64,000 bases of DNA from the human T2T-CHM13v2.0 reference genome, Homo sapiens. Of the stretch, positions 48,921-60,475 are shown piece after piece (within the stretch, counting starts at the first letter, position 1; each line of letters begins with the position of its first letter). The stretch lies in the NCBI RefSeq assembly GCF_009914755.1, contig NC_060930.1. The stretch is one strand, 5' to 3'. The notes beneath the pieces are model-generated. The model made no database searches, was not told where the DNA came from, and saw nothing but the letters and a program-made list of their open reading frames with translations. The position numbers were made by a program, and so were the translations under genes.

Positions 48921-50004
48921 AAAGAAGGAAAGAAAGAAAAGAAGGAGAGGGAAGGGGGAAAGAGGGGGGAGGGGAAGAACGTTGTTTCCGAAATTGGTCA
49001 GTGTTTCCTATTCCTGCTTTGCTTATACAAGCAGAGTATCTCCTTGCTAAAATCTTGACTCAAAAGGCAACCCAGCCACTCCTGCTCTTGTTTCTCTTAT
49101 TAGCTATATTTATTCAATTGCCAGGTCTTGCAAAACTCTACTCCATTTTCCAGGCCTTGGCAATAGATAATACAAGATATGTGTCTGGGCTGACATTTTT
49201 ATCCAAATGAATGCCAGATATTTCACAGAGAGCTAAAAGCTAAAATCATATGATGTGGTGCACTGGCCAATGTGGTTACTGCAGTATTTCATGTCAAGGC
49301 TAGCATTCCATTCATCATTCATCAAGTGAACACCCAGTGGGATAAGGAACAAAATGGACTGTCATGCTTCTGAAGCTGCCAGACCACAAAGGACAACCAA
49401 ACTTATACAGCTTCTCCTTGGCACAGCTCAAGAGTCAACTCATAGATATGGGTGTGTCCTTTCCAAATTCTCCCAGAAAAGTAGTAGCCCAGGCTGACCG
49501 CAGGGAGGTGGGAATGACCTGAAGTTGGGCTGCCTCCCCAGCTTTCTGTTCCCATGCAGCCAGCTACCCTGGCACCCTGCCCTTCTCTGAATCACCTCTG
49601 CAGACTCTACTGCTCTTGGAAGCCCAGATTATATCTCCAACATCCACACTGGACCTCTGTCTGTTGTCAACAGAGCCAGATGACCATGGAACCCACAAGC
49701 TGGAGAACTTGGTCTCCATACTTGGCTTTCTGAGAGAGTGTTGGCTCTGTGGTTTTAACTGCTTAACAAATAAGAAGTGAAAACTCTACACATTTAGAAA
49801 AGAGGGTGGGTCTGACTGGACTGAGATTCTGGGTCTGCTGAGAGCCCTGGCTTAGATGCAAGTACACTACATGGCAAAGCTGTTGGACCTCAGGTGGCTG
49901 TGAAAAGGTAGGAGCCGTTACCAGGGAAAACTGATCACATTCATCAGAGCCACCTTCGGGGAGAAACATGCATGGGAAACAAGTTCAACTGAACAATTGT
50001 AAAA

Positions 50005-50230
50005 AATCAGAACATAAATGGACACCTACCATGAGCCTGGCATTGTGCTAGGCAATGATCATGGTCCTGTTCTTATGAAACTTGCAGGTGACAGAGCAAA
50101 AAAAATAATAATAATCTAGTCTAGAGTCCAAATCAGAAAGTGCCTCTTAGAGGAAGTAGTATTTAAATAGAGACTAAGAAAAAAAGAGGTAGAAGGAACC
50201 ACAATTGTTAAGGCACAAGAATAAAGAGAT
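50005..50230 (-). mobile_element. L2 3' fragment inserted in the Gypsy relic
   Basis: CACCTACCATGAGCCTGGCATTGTGCTAGGC. Confidence 0.65.
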
Positions 50231-50406
50231 GAATCCCGGATTTTTGATTGACCTAGACAGGGCTGCTGTTCTGAAGAGCTGAGATTCTGTCTGCCACTAT
50301 GCCATTATACGGGCTGCTGAACTGTACAAAATATGGTCCCAAAACTTCATTCGAGTTTGGCTAGTACATGTCTCAGGAGCATCTTAGAAGGGGTATTACG
50401 ATATCT

Positions 50407-50988
50407 CAGGTATCTGCAAATTATGGCTCACCACCTGAATTTGTAAATAAGTTTTATGAAAATACAGCCATGGCCATTCATTTACATATTCTCCATGGCT
50501 GCTTTTGTACTACAATGTCAGAATTGAGTAGCTGCCAGAGAGGAAGTGTGCCCCATAACACCTATATTTTCTATCTGGCTCTGTATAGAAAAAGTTTGCC
50601 ATCTGTATTAGTCCATTTTTACACTGCTATAAAGATACTACCCAAGACTGGGTAATTTATAAACAGTGGAGTTTTAATTAACTCACAGTTCCACGTGACT
50701 TGGAGAGGCCTCAGGAAACTTACAATCATGGCAGAAAGGGATGCAGGCTCCTTCCTCACACAGTGGCAGGAGAGAGAGACCATGTGTGAAAGAGGAACTG
50801 TCAAACACTTATAAAACCATCAGATCTCGTGAGAATTCATGCAGTATCATGAGAACAGCATGGGGGAAACCACTCTCATGACCCAATCACCTCCCACTTG
50901 GTCCTCCCTCGACAATCCCTTATGAGGATTACAATCTGAAATGAGATTTGGGTGGGGACACAGAGCCAAACCATATCACCATCCCCTG
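50407..50988 (+). mobile_element. MER58A (hAT-Charlie), split near its end by a THE1/MST LTR
   Basis: TTTGTAAATAAGTTTTATG, CATTCATTTACATATT, AGAAAAAGTTTGCC...CCCCTG. Confidence 0.8.
50624..50978 (-). mobile_element. THE1/MSTA LTR
   Basis: TGTATTAGTCC...GAGCCAAACCATATCA; 5-bp TSD CCATC. Confidence 0.92.
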
Positions 50989-52326
50989 CCGCAGCTGATA
51001 GAGACTGCAGGAACTGAGTTCATGAAATGTTAGGATAGGGTTCTTGAGTAGATTGCAGCCATGCCAACTAGGCCTCATGCCAAACATTAGATACTTAAGA
51101 CAGTCAAGGATAAGCAACTTCACAGGGTCACATGCTGGCCCTGAGAGATGGAGAGCCTGATGAACCCTTCCACGACGTGGCATCCGCATATTTGTGGAGG
51201 GCACCAATATCAGGCTCAGAAAATTATATCCACCTTTCAATAAACAGCCCACCACTCCAGCATGATTTCACAATAACACTCCAATCAATGAGTCCATTTT
51301 TCTTTTTCTACAACTGCAAATGCCTTCCTACAATGGACAAGCTGGACTGGAACCCCTGGCATGATGGCTACAGTGAAGGTGGAAGCTGGTGGAGACAGAG
51401 CCATTGCTTCTGACAGAGGCTGAGGGACTGCCTCTCTGAAAGATAGCTGTATGGTAGGATAATTCAGACTGCAGCAGGGGCAGCTCGAGATAAGACACAA
51501 TGACATGGTTTTCCTACAGACCACTGGTTTCCTCAAGCAGGAGGAAATGGGGTCCATGTCTCCCAAGAAGTAGAAGTGGAGGCTGACTGACCACACCTTA
51601 GTCCATGAAGCAACCCAACATCTCCAATTCTAGCACTTCAGTGCAATGGTAATCACCTCTTACTGAGACCGAGAGCTGGGGTACAATGCAGGGAGGAGCA
51701 GTGAGGTAGGAGAACCTCCCAGGACTAGGCACTGAAAACGGGAACTTTACCCAGCAAAGGCTGGCCACCCAATATGCCAATGGGCCCATATTGTGGGTGT
51801 CAGAAGGTTGTGGACACTTATAGGCAAAAAGAGAATCCCCCTGTGAGAGGAGGAAAAGAAGGGAATCATGTCTGGAGGGGGCAGGAATGAATGGTCAAGA
51901 GGGGTTTTATTCTCATAATATGAGCTTTAGGAAGACTGGGACATTCAGGGCATTGGGGCTCTCTCAGGAGACCTTTCCAGAGCATTCCCTGTAATGCCAG
52001 TTTGCATTGTATTTTTATTTCAAGGTTTCATGACTTGGCAGTGCATCCATCCTCCCCAACGAGCCTCTGGCTGGTATTGTTGGCCATCTCTTGCCAGGGG
52101 GATCCATGGTGTTCTGTGATGCTAGAAGTGGCTGTCTGCCCTATAACTAGAAAGTTCCTATAAGCCACAGGCAGAGTCTCTCCCCTCCTCATCTCCAGCC
52201 AGCAGTGGCCACTATCCAACAGAGGAGGGTGGGAAGCACATCCATCGTGTTCTCTTGAACTTAGAACACTCAGCTCTGTGAAACCAGCCAGGATTGATGG
52301 TGGACTCCCCGGCAAGGACCATGTTC

Positions 52327-52380
52327 CAGCCACAGCCACAGCCACAGCCACAGCCACAGCCACAGCCACAGCCACAGACA
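52327..52380. repeat. (CAGCCA)8 hexamer microsatellite plus one variant unit
   Basis: Read directly from sequence. Confidence 0.95.
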
Positions 52381-52463
52381 AGAAGTTAATGATAAATTCA
52401 CACTACTGGCAATGAAGGGATTGAATATCTGAACTCCCCTCCTAGAAAAACAAGAGCCTGCGT

Positions 52464-52951
52464 TGTCAGACACAGGCCAAGTAGGACCAAGAGTGATTTG
52501 GTGCTGGCCCATGGATCATGGAGCTGAGGATGAGCAAGGCCAGACTGAACACCAAGCAGGCAGTCCACATGAAACAGCCATTGCCAAGGACAACGCAGAA
52601 ACACGATCCATAAATATTGCAGGCAGGAAGTTAGAAATCAGAAATGCTAGATGAGTGCTAGAAGCTAGAGCTAAGAAAGAACCCCCAGAGCTGCTGGTAC
52701 ATAGCTGTGGCCTTCTCTGTAGGTCAGCGGGCAGGCTCTCAGGGCAGGTCAGGCCAGGCACCTGGTGAATCATGGCCTGTTAACACTACCAGCCATCCTG
52801 GGTGTTAATGAGAAGCAAAAACTGTAGTTTCCAGTTGAGTATGTTATGCAAGGTTGGACAGAGTTCTGGCTTGTGAATTGGGCCACTTGAGTCCATTTCT
52901 TACTTACCAGGGACAAGCAATTTCTAACCCCAGTCTTCATGATCTCTGACA
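52464..52951 (-). mobile_element. Putative 5' LTR of the Gypsy relic (488 bp)
   Basis: Inverted termini TGTCAGA (52464-52470) and TCTGACA (52945-52951), immediately upstream of the gag-like sequence. Confidence 0.65.
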
Positions 52952-53852
52952 TAGAGATTCAGCCTCAAGGGGAAGGTAAGATGATGAAGTCAAGAGTGTC
53001 TGGAGGTCACCTGTAGTGAGCCGCTTGGAGAAATATTTTATATTATTGAGCTGTCAGATTTTTTAAATCTGCAGCCAACATTTCAGGTTGCTGATGAGAG
53101 TCCACATATATTTAGTGTAAAAGGCTTTGCAATAGGAGTCAGAAAATCTGACTCTGGCTCTGCCACTGATTAAATTCTCCAATTTCCAGTCTGTGGTGTC
53201 TTCCAGAACTAATATCCTACAATTATTCATAAATCAAGCTGCATATTGTGATGAAGGATGCTGGCAAAAGACAGGCCCATATGGGCGCGTATAATCCCCC
53301 TAAAGTCAATTATTAATGAAGTCTTCAGCTGGCAGATGCTGTAGGCAAGGACTGGTCTGGTGCCAACAATGTGATCTTCTGTTCCCATTTACAAATCAAG
53401 GCTATTGTAATCAATAAAGCCTTGTTAAACATTACTAAGGGAGTGGGCAAATGGTGCAGAGTTAATAACCTCTTACACATGCTATTGTGTTTTTTTCTTG
53501 ATCCAAAATGTCCTCTTCTCTCTCTGCTGAATCTTTTTTCTGCTGCAATAGATGCTTGCACTAAACATACTCTAATTCAGTTACCTCTAATATTAGGCAT
53601 TATTTATTTATCATTTATGCTACAATTCAGAGAAAGCCATTTCACACTGATGCCTGGAACTGGCCCCAGTTTTGTTGCTAGAATAATAATTAGGGGTTTA
53701 GCCAGCTTAAGTGAATTGGAAAGCTTTTGATATTTTAGAGAAGACCAAGAAATGTTAACTAAATTATTTATTGTCTCATGGTGAAAGCTACTCATTGAAC
53801 AACTATATGATGCATTTTGGTATTTGTTTGAGTTAGAAAAATCATTGTCCAT

Positions 53853-54155
53853 GGCCAGGCGCGGTGGCTCACGCCTGTAATCCCAGCATTTTGGGAGGCC
53901 AAGGCAGGCAGATCACTTGAGGTCAGGAGTTCAAGACTAGCCTGGCCAACATGGGGAAACCCTGTGTCTACTAAAAATACAAAAAGTAGCTAGGCATGGT
54001 GGTGCGCCACTGCAATCCCAGCTAGTTGGGAGGCTGAGGCGGGAGAATTGCTTGAACCTGGGAGGCGGAGGTTGCAGTGAGCGAGATCGTGCCACCGCAC
54101 TCCAGCCTGGCAACAAAGCGAGACTCTGCCTCAAAAAACAAAAAAAAGTAAAAAA
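53853..54155 (+). mobile_element. Alu (AluS)
   Basis: TSD AGAAAAATCATTGTCCA. Confidence 0.95.
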
Positions 54156-54197
54156 GAAAAATCATTGTCCACTAATGGTACAAAAAATTTAGATTGG

Positions 54198-54501
54198 GGC
54201 TGGACACGGTGGCTCACACCTGTAATCCCACCACTTTGGGAGGCTGAGGCAGGTGAATCATTTGAGGTCAGAAGTTTGAGACCAGCCTGGCCAACATGGC
54301 AAAACCTCATCTCCACTAAAAATACAAAAATTAGCTGGGCGTGGTGATGCGTGCCTGTAATCCCAGCTACTCAGGAGGCTGAGGCAGGAGAATTGCTTGA
54401 ACCCAGGAGACAGAGGCTGCAGTGAGCCAAGATCGTACCACCGTCCTCCAGCCTGGGCGACAGAGTGAGACTTTGTCTCAAAAAAAAACAAAACAAAACA
54501 A
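54198..54501 (+). mobile_element. Alu (AluSz)
   Basis: Full length. Confidence 0.95.
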
Positions 54502-54679
54502 TTCTCTAGATTGATGTTCTGTATTCAGTTGAAAAAGTGGAGGATGAATTTGGACCAGACTGCCCAGTGGAATCTCGCTCATCGGGACTCCACTATCTGA
54601 ATATCTGATTACTTTGATTTTTGAAGATGCAACATTAACTTTGTACTTTCATGCAGAAAGTGCCTTGGTAATGCTAGAA

Positions 54680-54890
54680 ACAGCTAACCCATACACAGAG
54701 CTTGCTTGTGCCTTCCCCCATCTAACATCTTTACATACACTAACCTGCTTAATCCTTACAACAACCTTAAGAGACACATGCTACTAACACTTCCAGTTTA
54801 CACATGGGAAAATTGAGAAGGTAACAATATTGTCTCATAAACGGTAAACCCAGGCAGCCTCATTCCAGGATCCCAGAACTTAGCCCATTT
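54680..54890 (-). mobile_element. MIR
   Basis: TTAATCCTTACAACAACCTTAAGAG...TTTACACATGGGAAAATTGAG. Confidence 0.7.
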
Positions 54891-54989
54891 GTCCCTAATG
54901 TACATTTGCATTTTGTTTTTGTAGAGAGCCTGTCATAGGCTGAAACTTCACTTATTTAGAAACAGAGAATTCGTGTTTTCTAACAGCAC

Positions 54990-55860
54990 CAGAGGATCTT
55001 GGCGTTGATAGGATCCACAGAGACGTTCGGTCCAATCCCTGCCACATCCCCTCAAGGGGAGCAGCCATCTTCCCTGTCCTCAACCTAGGAACAGGGACTC
55101 ACTACATACATCCTGTAGCACTCTTCTCCCATCTCAGAGAGCTGGGACCATTGGAAATGGCTTTCTTTCCTTAAGCTGAAATGGGCTTTTTCTTTTTCAT
55201 TTTTCTTAGAGACAGGATCTCACTGTCACCCAGGCTGGAGTGCAGTGGCCAATCTTGGCTCACTGCAGCCTTGAACTCTTGGGCTCAAGCAATCCTCTTA
55301 CCCCAGCCTCCCAAGTAGCTGGGATTACTATGCCAGCTAATTTGTAAGATTTTTGTAAAGATAGGGATCTCATGATGGCTGGTCTCAAACATCTAAACTC
55401 AAGGGATTCTCCCACCTCGGCCTTGCCTAATGATGGGATTACAGGCATAAGCCACGGCCCCCAGCCTGAAATATATTTGCTATAATTTTACCTGCTGGCC
55501 AGAATTTTGCTCTTGAAGCCACATGAAGACATGGACTCTGTCTTCCTCTTAACACCCTTCAAACATCTGGAAGAGTAATTATGCACCATCCTGAATCATA
55601 TTTTTCCTGGCTCATCACTCAAATGCCCCTGTTTCAAGATCCAATGATTCTGATTGCTCCTCACTGGGTGAACTTTGGGGAAAATTTCACTTGAAATGCA
55701 GGACCTGGAGACAAAGATAGTGTCAGAGGCCTCAAGGATTGCTCCACAACTGTGGACCCTTCTCTGGTGCTGACCTAGACCTAAAAGCCTTCTGCAGGAC
55801 TCGTGGCCATGCCACACTGCTAACTCACAGCCAACTAGTCACCCACCCCTGCTCCAGGGG
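54990..55860 (-). mobile_element. L3/CR1 3' fragment, split by an Alu
   Basis: GGGACTCACTAC...TTGGAAATGGCTTTCTTTCCTTAAGCTGAAAT; CCCTTCAAACATCTGGAAG. Confidence 0.6.
55187..55466 (-). mobile_element. Alu (AluJ-like)
   Basis: Antisense, diverged; TSD-like CTGAAAT. Confidence 0.9.
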
Positions 55861-55927
55861 ACTTTTTTTCATATTAAATGTTTATTAAATCAAATCTACC
55901 CCATTATATGTGTATTTTTAGTTATCC

Positions 55928-56236
<309 letters not shown>

Positions 56237-59200
56237 TAGTTATCCTTTTAAGCACAGTGTAGGATTTAATATTTATCACTAACGGAGGGATCCCTCCTCA
56301 AGTCCACAGAGAGAAAGGGGGAGGGAGGGTGGGTTAGGGGAGGGAGGGAGGAAGAGAAAAACAGAGATTACTGTGCACTCATTTCACCCCAGGAGACTTT
56401 TCTAGGTACAGTAAAGAAATTCAAAGGACCTTTAATTAGCTCACAGATATAGTGAGTTATTTCATAAGGGAAAAACAAAAACATAAGACGATATTTGCAG
56501 AGAGCTAAGCTGGACCCTAAAATAAAGGTAACTAAAGCTAAAGCTCTAACAACTTTCAGAGCCCGGGGGTATTTTCCTAGACCGTTTCCCTTGTGGAAAA
56601 GCAATCAAATAGATGCTATAATTTTAGACATTTTTTGAAACAGGAGTCAGCCTGAACGTCATAGATGCCAACCTGAAGTTTGTGGTATGTGGGTCATTGT
56701 TTTGTCACATGTGACACGGTTTCCACGCACAACAGGTTGAATTTAGAAAAACTTGTTAATAGACTAGCAGTCAAAGCCAGAAGCAAGTCTGAAAGCTAGG
56801 CTGATAGAAAATAAAATATCCCTTGATGACATCGGCAGAACCAATAAACACACGACCTCAAAAGTAAGGAAATGATTGTTCATAGTTTTAGACACTAGTT
56901 CTCTATGTTGCATAAGCTGTGTTTAAATAATTCATAGCAACACAATCAAGATCCCACATGCAAACTACAATAATTCTGTGTGTACGTACCAAAGGGGTTT
57001 AAAATATTAGTATGTTTGGAGATGTTTTTCATTTTCCTCCCATTTTCATAGTCTTCAAAATCACACAACAGATTTTGAGTTTAAAAATCAACAGGGAAAA
57101 ATGGAACACTGATTTAAAATAATAAGAAAAAAATGGCCTAACATTTAGAACAACAGCTTCTCCCCCTATCTGTTGCAAGGTGGAACTAATTGGCTTGTTA
57201 CAAAGCGGGGAGCTGACTTTAAATTATAATGTAAGGAAATGGTCATTACTAGATGTTTTGAAACTTAGTGAGACAATATAAAATGCAAAAGCAACATCAT
57301 AGAAAAGACCTTACTATTGTGTTGACTGATAAGAATCAAAAGCAATAGACCTAGGATGCCTGAAACACCCACTATCCCCAAGTGAGAGGGAAACTGAGTC
57401 AAATAACACTTTCCAAGGAGGTGGAGGAATTATAATGAGGACGTATTCTTTTCTGACACTTTCTTATCTTTCTTCAAGGGCATTTTGTACAGGGAGTTAC
57501 TAAAGCTTGACATTCTCTGGCCATAATAATGGGAGGAACAAGAGCAGGACCCCTGGTGAGCTGAAAATCAGGAAGGAGTTGTAGGGAGAAGAGTGGCCAG
57601 TTTTTCCAGGTGTCCCATGATGATATTGACTAAGACATCAATCTCCTTGGCAAAGATGGATAACCTCTGTTTTCTGTCTCCCTAGGGCACAAAGACATCC
57701 ATATTGACACTGTAACATTGGCCATGGGAATAAAAGAAAGAAAATGAGATTAGTACTTAACACACATGATTTATTTTAATCAATTTTAATACAGTTCCCA
57801 TAAATACAAGTAGAAAAAAGGAAAACTGTCTTGTTATTATTTAGAGAATTTAATGATGGTTGCAGGGGAAAGGTCATACTGAAAATTCAAAGTATCTAAC
57901 AAAAAGATATAAGCAGAAGATTTTTTCCAAGACTAGTCTGTCCATGGGCAGTAAAATACATATATCAGAAAAAGAAAAACATGGATGTGCTTGTGCTTTG
58001 TAGGTAAGTCACCCAGCTTTCTGTCTTTTCTTGTTCTATCTATGCTTTCTTCAATTTCTATGCCTACTAACTCCACGAGGGTGTGATTTTCATTTTAAAT
58101 ACATTTTAAGTATTCGCTCAGTTGAAAACTATCCCCCAAATGCAAATCAAACATAGATTATATAAATTCAGTTTGCAAAGGTCTTAATTTTAAAAAATGA
58201 ATTTGTGGATCCAAAGGTAACAAAAATATGTATTCTAGTCATCTCCTCATTTTTAACAAATATAAATATATCCATGAGATTAATGACCTATGAGGAGTTT
58301 TGTTTGCTCTCCAAATGACTTAGGAATCCAGGAAGGAATGCTGTTGGAGGAGGTTTTGGCAAGGGTTTTGAGTGCAAAACACAAAAACACACAATGGGAG
58401 TTGGAAAATATTTGGAAAACTCAAAAAACAACAGCTTGTGCTAATTCTCAGCTGATTTGTGGCTAGCTTTCACTTTTCACTTCAGTAGGACTGATGGGAA
58501 AAAACACCAAGGGCCCTGTGGCCTGCTCTGGTGACAGATGTTTTATTCTAATGCCATTGTTAAGAGAAACATGGACCGTTCGTTGTGGCCTGAGATGGCT
58601 GTGTGTTTATTAGGAAACAGAAAATGTAGCAAGTAAGACAACCTTTCTCTTACATTAAAGACAATCAGACACAATATACCAGATTTGTGAATATAGCTCC
58701 CCTGATGTGAACCCCATTTTCCAAGATAGAAACAAACAATAAACACAAACAAAAGAAACACCCCATAACACAGAACTACAGCCAAACACTTTAATAAAAC
58801 ATATCACATAAGTAACTGATATTTAGACTAGTGATTTTGAAGATTTTACAGCCCCAGAGCCATTTCTGAAATTCCACATGTAAGCTCACTGTGACAACAA
58901 ATAAGGGTGGTGCTGTGCTTGCTGCAGCCTGGAAGTGGCCCTGAGCTCTGCCTGCCCAGGTCCTTCTTGTTCCCAGGGGCCTAAAGAACCTAAGTTGAAG
59001 AGCCACTAATTCAGAGAGATTAACTACCAATGGATTTTTGGAACATATCCCTGACACAAAAGTACTTAAATATTTAAAGGCAGCATATGGCCCTCCATCC
59101 AAATAAAAAGTTTTTAAGAGAATATTTTTATTCAATTAAATGAATATTAAAAAAATCCTTTAGCCTCCTATTGTATCTGGAGCATTTTTTCTCTTAAAGA

Positions 59201-59249
59201 GATAGAACCACATATCCCAAGTTCACTTAGTGGCACCAACCTTCACTCC

Positions 59250-60280
59250 TCTTCTTCCACATCTCTCTATAGGGCTTACCCACATTTCTTCAGTTGTCAA
59301 GTTCTGCTTGTTCTAGATCTCAAACACCTCTCAATTCCATCCCTCCTTCTTCATTCCCACAGCAGCTGTCCTAACTTAGGACCTTATCAATTTTCCATGT
59401 AGATCCCAGGGTGATCATTCTAAAAGCCAAAAATATGGATTGCTTCACTCGCATGCTTGAACTCCTCCACTGGTGCTCCTGTGTTTACAATCAAGTCTGC
59501 ACTCCTTCCTAGGGCACCCAAAATCTGTGTGGACCTGGATCCCAGCTACCTGTCAATTTCATGTTCCCATACAGGGAGACCACCCTCATCATCCCATGAA
59601 CGCATTTGCCTCCATGTCTTTGTACTTTGCTTGCCGCTTCCAGTGCACTTCATTTCAAGCCTTTCCACAACCCTGAAATCATTTTGCCTCCTACCTTTTC
59701 CATCATTTAAGACTCAGCTCCTAGGCTGGGCACTGTGACTCACGTCTGTAATCTCAGCACTCTGGAAGGCCAAGGCGGGAGGATCATTTGTGGTCTGGAG
59801 TTCGAGACCTGCCTGGCCAACATGGTGAGACCCCCGCCTCTACTAAAAATACAAAAATTAGCCAGGCATAGTGGCACATACCTGTAATCCCAGCTACTCG
59901 GGAGGCTGAGGCAGGAGAATCACTTGAACCCAAAATTGCACCATTGCACCACTGCACCACTCCAGCCTGGGCAACAGAGAAAGACTCCATCTCAGGAAAA
60001 AAAAAAAAGACTCAGCTACTATGTCGTCTTTTAAATCCCTTCTTCTTTCCTTAAATGAAGTAGAAACTTTCTTCTTTATGCAATCTGAACATATTACACA
60101 ATTCTTTTAAGCGTGTCTCATTGTATTATAATCATCTACTGACTAGTTTTCATTTTTTACATTGTGAGCTCTTTGAGGACAGAGATTCTTGTTATTCATC
60201 TTTGTGTCATAGAGTTTAGCTGGGACTTAGTAGCACTCAATACATGCGTAAGGAATTAATGAATGAGGGAATAAACGCAT
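59250..60280 (+). mobile_element. L2 3' part, split by an Alu
   Basis: TTTAAGACTCAGCT, ATTGTGAGCTCTTTGAGGACAGAGA, GCACTCAATACATG. Confidence 0.75.
59724..60008 (+). mobile_element. Alu (AluS) with a right-arm deletion
   Basis: TSD AAGACTCAGCT; GAACCC joined directly to AAAATTGCACC. Confidence 0.92.
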
Positions 60281-60475
60281 GTGCGTTCAACCTAGAATAC
60301 AGATGCTGGGAAAATTCAGGGAGGGAGTTTAACAGATAAAAGGTAAAGACTTCTATCAACTCACTTTAGTAAAGAGGATGGATAAGCTCAGCCTTGATCC
60401 TGTTCCCAGACTTAATTATTCATTCATATACTCATTCATTTATTTAACAAATATTTGTTGAGTGTCTACCATACT

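Larger units (their letters stand above)
49150..52463 (-). mobile_element. Decayed Ty3/Gypsy (sushi-like) internal region: gag-protease-RT-RNase H relic
   Basis: Hand translation across frameshifts gives collinear motifs: GSPPSILAGF and W..YRNFL (gag); GCFMD (protease); SEPDIGALHKYAD..K/GFIRLSIS, ALMN, TFSQ..HV, KCVEF, EVQ (RT); YYFSGR..YE..EL and KNVSPD (RNase H). Confidence 0.8.

Noticed and set aside
51000-52320. Initial reading as ERVL/MaLR internal sequence
   Set aside because: The translated motifs (GxFMD, SEP..KGFIR.S) match Gypsy/sushi Pol rather than ERVL.
52398-52773. Hydrophobic minus-strand ORFs resembling GPCR transmembrane helices (ALSLAMAVSCGL, LLVLLGLCLTTQALVFLGG, CFMWTACLVF)
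   Set aside because: All three frames look equally hydrophobic, there are no good splice sites, and the interval is better explained as the T/C-rich Gypsy LTR.
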